In this document: positions 27,285-37,100 of the stretch, piece by piece
Numbering within the stretch: position 1 is the first letter of the stretch
Layout: every line of letters begins with the position of its first letter
Assembly: GCA_963741945.1 (NCBI GenBank)
Contig: CAVUKA010000004.1
Location: 128,001 to 192,000, forward strand
Length of the DNA stretch: 64,000 nucleotides
Source: an uncultured Gemmatimonadales bacterium
GTDB taxonomy: Bacteria > Gemmatimonadota > Gemmatimonadetes > Longimicrobiales > RSA9
Reading direction: 5' to 3'
Notes under the pieces: model-generated
The model's database searches: none
What the model saw: only the letters and a program-made list of their open reading frames with translations
Told to the model about the DNA's origin: nothing
Made by a program: the position numbers and the translations under genes

Positions 27285-28596
27285 ACTGTCCTTTCTCTGT
27301 GTCCGCGGCGGCGGAGCTCCGGGTCGGGAGCCGCACCACCAGCTCCGCCCCTCGCTCCAGGTTGCGCGCGCTCACGTCCCCTCCGTCCGCACGCACGGCC
27401 TGCCTGACCAGTGCCAGGCCCAGCCCTGTCCCCCGCTTCTTGGTCGTGAAATCCGGCTCGAAGATCCGGTCCGCCTCACCGGGCGGCAACCCTGGTCCCG
27501 TGTCCGCGATGCGAACCTCGAGCCATCGTCCCTCCTCCGTTGTCCGGATGACCACCGTCAGGCGCGCATCCCGCACCGACTCCATGGCGTCCACCGCGTT
27601 CCGGATCACGTTCCGGAACGCTCGCAGAAGCGCGTCGTAGTGCGCCCGCACGGCGGGAAGTGGACCACTCGTCTCCAGGTGGACCGCAACTCGCTCCGGT
27701 ACGTCCGTCGCCAGCAGCCCCGCCAGCAGCTCGTCCACCGCCACGTCCGTGCGCGGCCCCTCCGGCGGCCGACCCAGGGCACTGAACTGACCCGCCAGCT
27801 CTTCGAGACGGCCCACTTCCTCGCCGATCACGTCCACGACCTCGCCCAGCGACCCCTCCGATGACGCGGCGCGTCGAAGCCGATGCGCGGCCAGCCGCAG
27901 CGGCGTCAGTGGGTTCTTCATTTCGTGGGCCACGCGCCGGGCCATCTCGCCCCACACCCGCACCCGCTCCGTCGCCAGCGCCCGCTCCCTTGCCGCTGCC
28001 AGCCGCGCGCCCGCGTCCCGCAGCGCCCGGTCCAGCACCCTCACCTCACGCACGGAGTCGTGTGAGGGCGGCGGCAGCGGCTCCTCACGTCCGAGGTGCT
28101 CCGCCAGGGCCACCAGCTCGTGGATCGGGCGCGCCAGCTCCCGTGCCAGGAGACGGCTGACCCACGCCGCGAGGGCCGTGAGCACGAGCGCCAGCGCCAG
28201 CGTCAGCCACGGCAGGGCGTGCTGGAACCGTTCGCCGAGGAACGCCCAGCGACGCGCCTGTGTAAGGGACTCGGAGAGCGCCGCGCGGTGGGATGCGGCC
28301 GCGGCCGCGAGCGCGGAGTCGCCGGAGGCGGCGGCGAGGTCGACGACGGACCGACCGCTCCTGGCGACCGCCTCCCATGGGCCGAGGACGCCGGTAATGC
28401 CGAGGGAGGCCGCCAGCGCGTAGCCGCCGATGGCGAGCAGTGCCAGAGCCGGCAGCAGGGTCAGCAGGAGGACCCTCGTGAAGATGCGACGCTCCAGGGT
28501 GGGCTCGCGACGACGGGGCCGCAGACCGGGCGCCCCGGCCAGATCGCCGCCCGGGGTGGGTGCGTCGCGCGGAGAAGCTGGCACAATTCCGGCCAT
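27265..28596 (-). CDS. NtrY-like HAMP sensor histidine kinase
   Basis: Two TMs; WGEMARRVAHEMKNPLTPL, NVIRNA, DTGPG, FEPDFTTK, GTGLGLA. Start uncertain. Confidence 0.92.
   Translation of the reverse strand: MAGIVPASPRDAPTPGGDLAGAPGLRPRRREPTLERRIFTRVLLLTLLPALALLAIGGYALAASLGITGVLGPWEAVARSGRSVVDLAAASGDSALAAAAASHRAALSESLTQARRWAFLGERFQHALPWLTLALALVLTALAAWVSRLLARELARPIHELVALAEHLGREEPLPPPSHDSVREVRVLDRALRDAGARLAAARERALATERVRVWGEMARRVAHEMKNPLTPLRLAAHRLRRAASSEGSLGEVVDVIGEEVGRLEELAGQFSALGRPPEGPRTDVAVDELLAGLLATDVPERVAVHLETSGPLPAVRAHYDALLRAFRNVIRNAVDAMESVRDARLTVVIRTTEEGRWLEVRIADTGPGLPPGEADRIFEPDFTTKKRGTGLGLALVRQAVRADGGDVSARNLERGAELVVRLPTRSSAAADTEKGQYETPAS
28579..28594 (+). promoter_or_regulatory. Candidate sigma-54 promoter for the CDS at 28656
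   Basis: TGGCACAATTCCGGCC: exact TGGCAC and GG-N10-GC spacing, about 60 nt upstream of GTG 28656. Confidence 0.45.
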
Positions 28597-28655
28597 GGAC
28601 TGCAACGTAGACAGCCGTTCGGGACGGAACAAGTCGCGCAGGGAAGGAGGGAATC

Positions 28656-29363
28656 GTGATCCTGCCGAATGTACGCGCATCGTTCGGGCGCGCCGAGGCC
28701 GGCGCGGTCATCGGGCTGCTTTCCGCCGGAGACGGCAAGACGAGGGAGCGTCTCCTGGATCGCCTCCGTGACGAGGGCTTCGATGGACTGCTCGATGATC
28801 CCCGCACGCTCAACGCCGCCCTCACCGGCCGCACGGACCTCGGCCAGCCCCTCCTCTTCTACCTCCTCGTGCGCCACGCGATGCTCGAGGCCGGGATCGA
28901 CGACCGGACCCTGGCCGACTACATCGCCGCCGTGCTGATCGCGTTCGGGCACGCCGACCGGGCGCTCCGCATCGCGGATGACCATCCGGACCGGTTCCTC
29001 TATCTCGTGGACCTCGTCGCGGCGGCCGACTCGCCCGACGGGCGCCAACGGTTCCTCGTCCGTGCGCACCTCGGCAACTACGCCCTCTGGCTCAGCGGGA
29101 TCTTCCCGGACCATGTCACTGCCCGCGTGCAGCGGCGGGGCGCCCCCGGCATCGACTATTTCGAGGCCCTGGGGGCCAGCGGCTACCGCCTCGCCGCCGA
29201 CACCGACCTGGCCGTCCGGCACGGCCTCGACGACCTGCTCCGCACCGCCGCCGACGCCTTCCCGGAGCTGCGCGTCGCCCTCAACCGGATCTCCGACCGC
29301 TACCTCTTCCCCAACCCGGGCTCCATCGAGCGCCTGCTGCGACAGGTGTCCGACGGCGGATGA
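28656..29363 (+). CDS. Hypothetical helical protein
   Basis: GTG with GGAGG RBS; strong GC3 bias; HLGNYALWLSGIFPD, DYFEALGASGYRLA. Confidence 0.8.
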   Translation: MILPNVRASFGRAEAGAVIGLLSAGDGKTRERLLDRLRDEGFDGLLDDPRTLNAALTGRTDLGQPLLFYLLVRHAMLEAGIDDRTLADYIAAVLIAFGHADRALRIADDHPDRFLYLVDLVAAADSPDGRQRFLVRAHLGNYALWLSGIFPDHVTARVQRRGAPGIDYFEALGASGYRLAADTDLAVRHGLDDLLRTAADAFPELRVALNRISDRYLFPNPGSIERLLRQVSDGG

Positions 29364-29390
29364 CGGTCGCCGGGAATCGCTGACGGTTTC

Positions 29391-31325
29391 TCAACGCGGC
29401 GCCGCGGCGGCTGCATCCAGCCACTCGCCGCACGCGCCGCAGAAGCGCCAGTGGGGCCTCGCTCGCGCCCCGCATGCGCACCGGGCCACCAGCTCACCGC
29501 CGCACAACGGACAGAAGGCGTGGTCCTTGGCCACGCGCGCCCCGCAGGAGCGGCAGAGCCGGGCGTCATCGGCCAGCAGCGCCAGCAGCGGCCGGATCTC
29601 GTCCAGCGTTGTCACGCCGGCCTCCACTTTCGCCCAGGCATGCACTGCAAGCGGCACCATGCCTGCCGCCATGGCGGCCTCCCGTACGGCGTCCGTGGGC
29701 GCGGCCTCCAGGATCAGCTCCCGCACCCGCGCGTCCACGCGCAGGAGCTCGAATACGCCCACCCGGCCCCGGTATCCGGTGCCACCGCAGCGGTGACACC
29801 CCACTGGTTGTGGCAGGTGCGACGGCGTGGGCAGCCCGAGCTCGTGCAGCAGGTCCCCCGTCGCGGGCGTAACGGTGCGGCAGTCCGGGCAGAGCCGCCG
29901 CACGAGCCGCTGCGCCAGTACTCCCACCAGCCCGCCGGCCACGAGGTAGCGTGGCGCGCCCATCTCCATGAGGCGGCTGACGGCGCCCGGCGCATCGATG
30001 GTGTGGAGTGTGGAAAGGACCAGGTGCCCGGTCAGCGCCGCCGCCAGCCCCACCTCGGCCGTCTCGCGGTCCCGCATCTCCCCCACCAGGATGGCGTCCG
30101 GGTCCTGCCGCAGAACGCTCCGCAGCGCGGCCGCGAACGTGAGTCCCGCCTTCGGCTGAACCTGTACCTGCGTGGTCCGGTCCACGCGGTACTCCACGGG
30201 GTCTTCGAGCGTGACCAGGTTGCGGCCGTCCCGGTCCCGCGACTCCAGCACGGCGTACAGCGTGGTGGTCTTGCCGCTCCCGGTGGGGCCGGTGACCAGG
30301 AAGAGCCCGTGCTCGCGGTCCAGCGCCCGGGAGAGCGCGCTCCGCAATGGCGGCTCCATGCCCAGGTGGTCCAGGGACCGCCGGGCGCTGCGGGGATCCA
30401 GCAGCCGCAGCACCACCTTCTCCCCGTCCGCCGCCGGGAGCGTGCTCACGCGCACCCCCACGCGCTGCCCTTCCACCACGACCGCGCTGCGACCGTCCTG
30501 CGGCCTTCTCTTCACGGCGATGTCCAGCCCCGCCATGATCTTTATCCGCGACGTCACGGCCGACGCCGAAGACGCGGGCAGCTCGAGCAATGGTCTGAGC
30601 ACCCCGTCGATGCGCGCCCGCACGCGGATCTTCCCACCCTCCGGCTCGATATGGATGTCGCTGGCGCCTGCCGAGACCGCCCGCTCCAGCAGCACGTCGA
30701 CCAGCGCGACCACCGGCGGGGCCTCCGCCTGCCGCAGCATGTCCGCGCCCTCATCCCGCGGCTCCGTGCCGGTCTGCGCCCCGGCCCGGGCGCCGGTCGT
30801 GTCGCCGGGGGCCGCGGCGGCGCCCGCGCCCGTCCCGAGCCGGCGGAGGGCGTTCCGCACGGCCTCGTCGCCGTACGCCTCCGCCAGCCCCCGCTCCACG
30901 GCCGCTTCCGTGGCCACCACGGGCTCCGTTCGCCGCCCCGTCCGGAACTGCAGATCGTCCACCGCGGCCGCGTCCAGCGGGTCCGCCATGGCCACACGCA
31001 TCGCCCGCGCCGTCGCGCTCAGCGGAAGCACCCGATGACGGAGCGCGAGGGCGTGCGGAACCAGCGTCAGCGCGGCGGGGTCCGGCCTCAGCGGCGCCGG
31101 AGCGTAGGTCAGCCTCAGCTGCCGTGCGAGCGCCCGCGCCAGTGCTTCCGGGTCCAGGCCGCGCCGGACCAGGATCGCGCCGATCCGCTCCCGCGTTTCC
31201 CGCTGCTCCGCGAGCGCCGCCTCGACGCCGGCGGCGCTCGCTTCACCGTCCTCCACGAGGACGCGCCCGAGCATGGTCTCCATGCGCCACGGTGCAGCCA
31301 CGGCCGGGGCAGGGGAATGGCTCAT
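29391..31325 (-). CDS. GspE/PilB family secretion ATPase with MshEN-like N-domain and C-terminal double zinc ribbon
   Basis: ASDIHIEP, RPQDGR, TGPTGSGKTTTLY, EDPVEY, RQDPD...GEMRDRET, GHLVLSTLHT; C-terminal CRSC, CPLC, CAC, CGAC. Confidence 0.93.
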   Translation of the reverse strand: MSHSPAPAVAAPWRMETMLGRVLVEDGEASAAGVEAALAEQRETRERIGAILVRRGLDPEALARALARQLRLTYAPAPLRPDPAALTLVPHALALRHRVLPLSATARAMRVAMADPLDAAAVDDLQFRTGRRTEPVVATEAAVERGLAEAYGDEAVRNALRRLGTGAGAAAAPGDTTGARAGAQTGTEPRDEGADMLRQAEAPPVVALVDVLLERAVSAGASDIHIEPEGGKIRVRARIDGVLRPLLELPASSASAVTSRIKIMAGLDIAVKRRPQDGRSAVVVEGQRVGVRVSTLPAADGEKVVLRLLDPRSARRSLDHLGMEPPLRSALSRALDREHGLFLVTGPTGSGKTTTLYAVLESRDRDGRNLVTLEDPVEYRVDRTTQVQVQPKAGLTFAAALRSVLRQDPDAILVGEMRDRETAEVGLAAALTGHLVLSTLHTIDAPGAVSRLMEMGAPRYLVAGGLVGVLAQRLVRRLCPDCRTVTPATGDLLHELGLPTPSHLPQPVGCHRCGGTGYRGRVGVFELLRVDARVRELILEAAPTDAVREAAMAAGMVPLAVHAWAKVEAGVTTLDEIRPLLALLADDARLCRSCGARVAKDHAFCPLCGGELVARCACGARARPHWRFCGACGEWLDAAAAAPR

Positions 31326-31377
31326 GGGGACGCCCTGCGGAGTGACGGCGCGCGGCCGAGACCGTAGAATCACTTCC

Positions 31378-32268
31378 ATGATCGAGATCCGGACTCTCTC
31401 GAAGCACTTCGGCACCCGCGCGGCGCCTGTCGTGGCGCTGGAGGACGTCTCGCTTTCCATCGGCCCCGGTGTCTGGGCGGTGGTGGGGCCGAACGGGGCA
31501 GGGAAGACCACCCTTCTGGGCCTCGTCCTCGGCTTCCTCCACCCTTCCACCGGCTCGGTCCGCATCCGGGACAGGCTGCCCCGCCGCTATTTGAGGCGAC
31601 ACGGGGCCGGCTACCTCCCCGAGCGCTTCCACCTTCCGCCCCAGTGGTCGACTCGTACGGCGCTCCGGGCCCTGTCCGCCCTCGATGGGCATTCGGACAG
31701 CGATGCCCGGGCGGAACGCGCGCTGGCGAGATTCGGGCTCGCGGAGCACGCCGACAAGCCTGTCGGCGCCCTTTCCCGCGGGCTCAATCAGCGCCTCGGC
31801 CTCGCCCAGGCCCTCGCCTCTCCGCACGACCTGGTGGTACTGGACGAGCCGACGGAGGGTCTCGACCCCATATGGCGCGTCCGCTTCCGCGACGCCGTCC
31901 ACGAGATCCGACGCAGCGGCGCGACCGTCCTCCTCGCCAGCCATGAGCTGGTGGAAGTGGAGCGCCTCTCCGATCACGTCATCCTCCTGGAGAACGGGCG
32001 CGTCCGCGAGGTGATGGAGGCCCGGCCCGCCGCAGGCGAGGGACCCCTCCGCTACGCCATCGAGCTGGTGATGCCGGGCAGCGCGGTGGCTGCGGCCTTC
32101 CCGGACGCCGACCCGTCCGCGCGCCCGCTGGTGGTGGAGGTCGCCGACGCCGCGGACCTGTCGCAGCGCATGGCCGCGCTCCTCCAGGGTGGCGCGGTCG
32201 TGTCGGGAGTCACACCCCTGACCGAGGGACTCGAAGCGCGCGTGCGTCGCACGCTGGGGGACGGATGA
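31378..32268 (+). CDS. ABC transporter ATP-binding protein
   Basis: GPNGAGKTT, LSRG, VVLDEP, SH motifs. Confidence 0.92.
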   Translation: MIEIRTLSKHFGTRAAPVVALEDVSLSIGPGVWAVVGPNGAGKTTLLGLVLGFLHPSTGSVRIRDRLPRRYLRRHGAGYLPERFHLPPQWSTRTALRALSALDGHSDSDARAERALARFGLAEHADKPVGALSRGLNQRLGLAQALASPHDLVVLDEPTEGLDPIWRVRFRDAVHEIRRSGATVLLASHELVEVERLSDHVILLENGRVREVMEARPAAGEGPLRYAIELVMPGSAVAAAFPDADPSARPLVVEVADAADLSQRMAALLQGGAVVSGVTPLTEGLEARVRRTLGDG

Positions 32269-33035
32269 GAGGGATCGCCGCCGCGGTCCGGCTGGCGCTG
32301 CTCGATCTCCAGGCCCGTCGTCGCCGGATCCTGGCACTCCTGGCCTTTGCGGCCATCTTCCTCGCCGCGGCGGCCGCCGCCCACACGCTGGCCGCGGGGA
32401 CAGGCCGCGTCGATCTCGGCACGCTGTATCAGCTCGGCGGCTACCCGCTGCTGTCCGGGCTTCTCGTCCTCGGCTGGCTCCTCGGGCGATTCCCCCTGGC
32501 CGCGACCCTCGTCCTCATGAGCGGCGTGTTCTCCGGCGACCGTGAAACCGGGCTCGCCCGGCTCCTCGGCACACGGCCGGTGTCGCCGGGGCTGCTCTAC
32601 GGGACCCGCTTTCTCGTCCTCTCGGCTCTGGCGTTCGCCATCAGCGCGGTCCTGATGCCCCTGTTCGACATCATCATCCTCGGCCAGTGGGCGGGGCCCG
32701 CCACGCTCGTCCTCATTGCGGCGCACGTGCTGGTCTGGGGAGGCCTGACCGCCCTCCTTTCCGTGGCCACGCGCCTGGATGCCTGGCTGACCCTGCTCCT
32801 CGCTCTCTTTTCCATGGTCTGGGCTTCCCTGGGGAGCGCCGGACTCCTCCCGCTGGCGCCGCCCGTGGCGCGGGCCGTGGCCTTCGTGCTGCCGCCGCAA
32901 GCGCAGCTGTTCGCTCTCGAGGGGGCGTTCGTCGACGTGCAGGGCATCCCGTGGCCCGCTTTCTGGTTCGCGGCCGGATACGGCGGCGTGACGCTGCTTC
33001 TGGCGGCCGTCCTCGTCCGCCACCGGGAGATCTGA
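32265..33035 (+). CDS. ABC-2 type transporter permease
   Basis: ATGA overlap; about 6 TMs; DRETG..RLLGTRPVS motif; ends RHREI. Confidence 0.82.
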   Translation: MRGIAAAVRLALLDLQARRRRILALLAFAAIFLAAAAAAHTLAAGTGRVDLGTLYQLGGYPLLSGLLVLGWLLGRFPLAATLVLMSGVFSGDRETGLARLLGTRPVSPGLLYGTRFLVLSALAFAISAVLMPLFDIIILGQWAGPATLVLIAAHVLVWGGLTALLSVATRLDAWLTLLLALFSMVWASLGSAGLLPLAPPVARAVAFVLPPQAQLFALEGAFVDVQGIPWPAFWFAAGYGGVTLLLAAVLVRHREI

Positions 33036-33041
33036 ACGGCG

Positions 33042-34118
33042 CTACACCCCCGCGGCCCGGAGCGCCGCGCCGGCCACGTCCCGCAGATCGCCGAGCGACG
33101 CCGCCAGTTCTCCATGCCCGCGTCCGACGACCAGGCCGAGCGCCGGATTGCGCGTGTGCGCACGGCCCGTGTCCTCGATGTTGCCGTGGTCGCTCACCAC
33201 GAGCACCGTGGCATCCGCCGACAGGGCGTCCAGAACACCGCCCAGAAACGCGTCCACGCGCTCCAGCGCGGCCACCGCCTCTTGCATCGTTCCACGGTGC
33301 CCTACCAGGTCCGTGCTGTAGTGGGCGAACAGCGTCAGGTCGGTACGGCCCACGATCCGCGCCAGCACGGCGCCGGCCTCGGCGGGCGTCGGCTCGGGCA
33401 GGGAGCGCCCCAGGTGACGGATCCAGCCGCCGTTGGTGATCTCGCTGGCCACCGCATCGCCCGCGGCGAGCTCGGCCGTGTGGCGCGTGAGCGCGCCCGC
33501 ACCGATGGCGGCCAGGGGCGGACCCGCGCGCAGCGGACCGAGCCGGCGGCTCGACAGGAGCCGGTCCATGGGCCGTTCCACCTGGTCGGCCCGGTCCCGG
33601 CTTCCCCCCTGCCCGGCTAGGGCACCCGGGGCCTCCATCCCGTGGCCGACCTCGCGCTCCGGGCGGAGGGCTCGCCTCACCAGCTCTTCCGGGTACGCGT
33701 TCGCGAATGCGACCCGGCGTCCCGCCGCCTTCGCCAGCGCCAGCACGCTCCGCCCCGCGACGAGCGGCCGCAGCGCCGTCGGCACCCAGGGACCCTGATG
33801 GCGCCCGAAGCGGCGAACGGCGTCGTCGCCCGTGAGAAGCGTTGCCTGGCCCGTACCGCTCTGGGGCAGGCCGGGCACTCCGAGAGTGGCGTCCACCCCC
33901 ACGAGGCTGGCGTCGGCGCCATGGTACGGAGCGGCCTGGAGCGTGGGCCTGCGCCCGCCGAGGAGCGCATCGAGCGTGGGAAGACGGGCCGCCATGAACG
34001 GGTTGTCTGATGTGGCGGGGCCCAGCCCCACGCCGTCCACGAACAGGAGCAGCGCGCGACCGGGCCCCGCCGGAGCGCCGTCGGCGGCGACGCTCCGGTT
34101 CGGCCAGCGGGTGTTCAG
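33042..34118 (-). CDS. Alkaline-phosphatase-superfamily metalloenzyme (phosphoglycerate mutase/phosphopentomutase-like)
   Basis: LLLFVDGVGLG, PQSGTGQATLLTG, TDLVGH, VSDHGNIED, HTRNP. Start uncertain: GTG 34040 lies inside the first motif, CTG 34118 proposed. Confidence 0.8.
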   Translation of the reverse strand: MNTRWPNRSVAADGAPAGPGRALLLFVDGVGLGPATSDNPFMAARLPTLDALLGGRRPTLQAAPYHGADASLVGVDATLGVPGLPQSGTGQATLLTGDDAVRRFGRHQGPWVPTALRPLVAGRSVLALAKAAGRRVAFANAYPEELVRRALRPEREVGHGMEAPGALAGQGGSRDRADQVERPMDRLLSSRRLGPLRAGPPLAAIGAGALTRHTAELAAGDAVASEITNGGWIRHLGRSLPEPTPAEAGAVLARIVGRTDLTLFAHYSTDLVGHRGTMQEAVAALERVDAFLGGVLDALSADATVLVVSDHGNIEDTGRAHTRNPALGLVVGRGHGELAASLGDLRDVAGAALRAAGV

Positions 34119-37100
34119 CCTTCCGCCTCCTCTTCCGCTGCCGTCTCCGGGATCATGGTGCGATCCACCGGTTTCATGTCGCGGGCCTCGAGCTGCTGGT
34201 TGAACGCCACCAGGTCCTGCGCCAGGATGGCGTCCAACCGATCCAGCTGCCGCCCCAGCTCCCCCGAGAGCTGCTCGTAAACATCATAGCTCTGCCGTGT
34301 CGGACGGCCTTCCGCACCCTCCACCACGCCCATGAGCGCGGCCAGCTTGTTGTTCAGCTTGATCGGGAAGTTCAGCGGGTCCTGGCCGCTCCGGTTCCTG
34401 ACCTGGTAGAGCTCGCCCTCCACGTCCGCCATGGACGCCAGCAGCCCGTTCCCCGCCGCCTTCAGCTCCGCATCGTCCGGCTTCGCTTCCAGCCTGGACT
34501 CCACCTGCTCCCGGATCCCGCGGATCAGCCGGACGGCGTCGTTCGCCGCGCTGACCCGGTCGCGGATCTGCATCCCGAGCCGGAACTGCTCCGTCAGATC
34601 TTCACCCGTGACGTTCGGCAGCCGCGGGTCGGCGAGGATCCGGAACGTGCGAGTCTGCGTTTTCCCGCCCGACGTCAGCCGCACGCTGTATTCGCCGGGA
34701 GGGGCGGTGGGGCCGTAACGCACGGAGCCGGCCCACAGGATGATGCCCGGGAACGTCGTGGGGCCGGGGTAGCGGAGCGGCCACGTGAACGTGTTCATCC
34801 CCTCCGTCATCGGGGGCGACGACGGCCCGGCCGGACGGCGCGGCCCTTCGTCCTCCTCCTCCCCGGCCGCCGCTTCCTTCTTCGTGGAGTCCGCCGGCGG
34901 CTCCCCCTGCCACGACTGGATCACCGTCCCGTCCGGCCCGAGGATCGCCAGCTCCAGAGACTTGGCCGGGGCGGCCAGGTGGTAGGCGATGCGGAGCGGC
35001 CCGCTCACGCCGAGCACCGCGTCGTCCGGCTGGAACAGGTGGACATCCTCGGCCGCGACCCGGGGCGTGAGCTGCCGCAGCGGCGAGATGTCGTCCATGA
35101 TCCAGAAGCCGCGACCATGCGTGGCGATCACGAGATCGTTCCCCTGGACCACGAGGTCCGCCACCTGCGTCACCGGCAGGTTCCGCGACAGCGATTGCCA
35201 GCGCGCCCCGTCATCCCAGCTCACGTACACGCCCGTCTCCGTGCCCGCGTACAGCAGCCCGGGGCGCACCGGGTCCTCCCGAACTGCGCGGGTGAAGGCG
35301 CCCTCCGGCATCCCGGCGGAGATGTCCGTCCACGTCTTCCCGCAGTCGCTGGTCCGGAAGGCATACGGCTTCTGATCGCCGAGCAGGTAGCGGTTCGCGG
35401 CGACATAGGCCCGGCACGCGTCGTGGGGCGACGCATCGATGAGGCTGATCCGGCTCAGACGCGGCAGCTGCGGCGGCGTGATGTCCGTCCAGTGGGCGCC
35501 GCCGTCCCGGGTGATGTGCACGAGCCCGTCATCGGACCCCGCCCAGAGCGTGAGCGAGTCCTGGAGCGACGGCGCCAGCGTGAACACCGTGGCGAACGTC
35601 TCCACGCCCGTCTGGTCCTTGGTGATGGGTCCGCCGCTGGGACCGAGCGTGGCCGTGTCGGCCAGCGTCAGGTCCGGGCTTATCTTCTCCCAGCTCCGGC
35701 CTTCCGTGCTCGTCTTCCACACGTGCTGCGACGTGGCGAACAGGACGTTCGGGTTCTGCGGCGAGAATACGATCGGGAACGTCCACTGGAATCGTTCCGC
35801 GATGTCTTCGGCCGAGTAGCCCATCGGGTTGTCCGGCCAGGGGTTCACCATCGTGCTGATCCCCGTGTCACGGTCATAGCGCTCCAGATACCCGCCGTAG
35901 CTGCCGCCGTACGTGACGTCCGGGTCCTCCGGGTCCACCGCGATGTAGCCGCTCTCACCCCCCGCCACGCGATAGAAGCTCGCCGGGCCGCCATCGCTCG
36001 GCATGCACAGCGTGCTGTTGTCCTGCTGCGCCCCGCACACGTGATACGGGATGTCGCTCGTCGTGGTGACGTGATAGATCTGCGCCGTGGAGAAGTCCTG
36101 GTCCGTCCATGTCTCCCCGCCGTTCACGCTCACGTTCCCGCCACCGTCGTTCCCGTTGACCATCCGCCGGTCGTTCCCGGGCGCGACCCACAGGTCGTGA
36201 TTGTCACCGTGCGGCACACGGAAGCGCGTCGGGAACGTCTCGCCCCCGTCCGTCGACTTGTAGAAGGCCGTGTTCAGGACGTACACCACGTCCTTCTCCT
36301 GCGGGTCGGCATAGATGCGCGTGTAGTAGAACGCCCGCTGGCGCAGCTTTCGCTCCTCGTTCGTCTTGGTCCATGTCGCCCCGCCATCATCGCTCCGGAA
36401 GACACCGCCTTCCGCCGCCTCCACGATGGCATAGACCCGCTGCGGGTCCACCGGCGATACGCTGACGCCGATCTTGCCGAGAGGCCCCGCCGGCATCCCG
36501 GGGTTGTCGCTCAGGAGGTCCCACGTCTCTCCGCCATCAGTGGTCCTGTACAGCCCGCTGCCCGCCCCGCCGCTCGACATCCCCCACGGCTTCCGCCAGA
36601 CCTGCCACATCGCGGCATAGACGGTGTTCGGGTCGCGGGGGTCCAGGCTCAGCTCCACCGCGCCCGTCGTGTCGTTGACGCTCAGGAGCTGCTGCCACGT
36701 CTTGCCGCCGTCCCTGCTACGGTACACGCCGCGCTCCGGGTTCGCATCGCCGTAGTGGCCCAGCGCCGCGACCCACACGTCGTCGCAGTCCTTCGGGTTG
36801 GACCGCACCTTGGCGATGTTCCTCGCCGCTTCCAGGCCGATGTGCTGCCAGCTCTCGCCCGCGTCCGCGCTGCGGTAGACGCCATCCCCCGGCATCACGT
36901 TCCCCCGCAGGTCGGACTCCCCCATGCCGATGTAGACGACGTCCGGATCCGCCGCGCACACGTCCACCGCCCCCACGCTCGAGCTGCCGATCTGGCCGTC
37001 CGTCACGGGGCGCCACGTCGTGCCACCATCCGTGGTCTTCCACAGCCCGCCGCCCGTGGCGCCGAAGTAGTACTCGTTCGGCCGCGCATCACTCCCGGCC

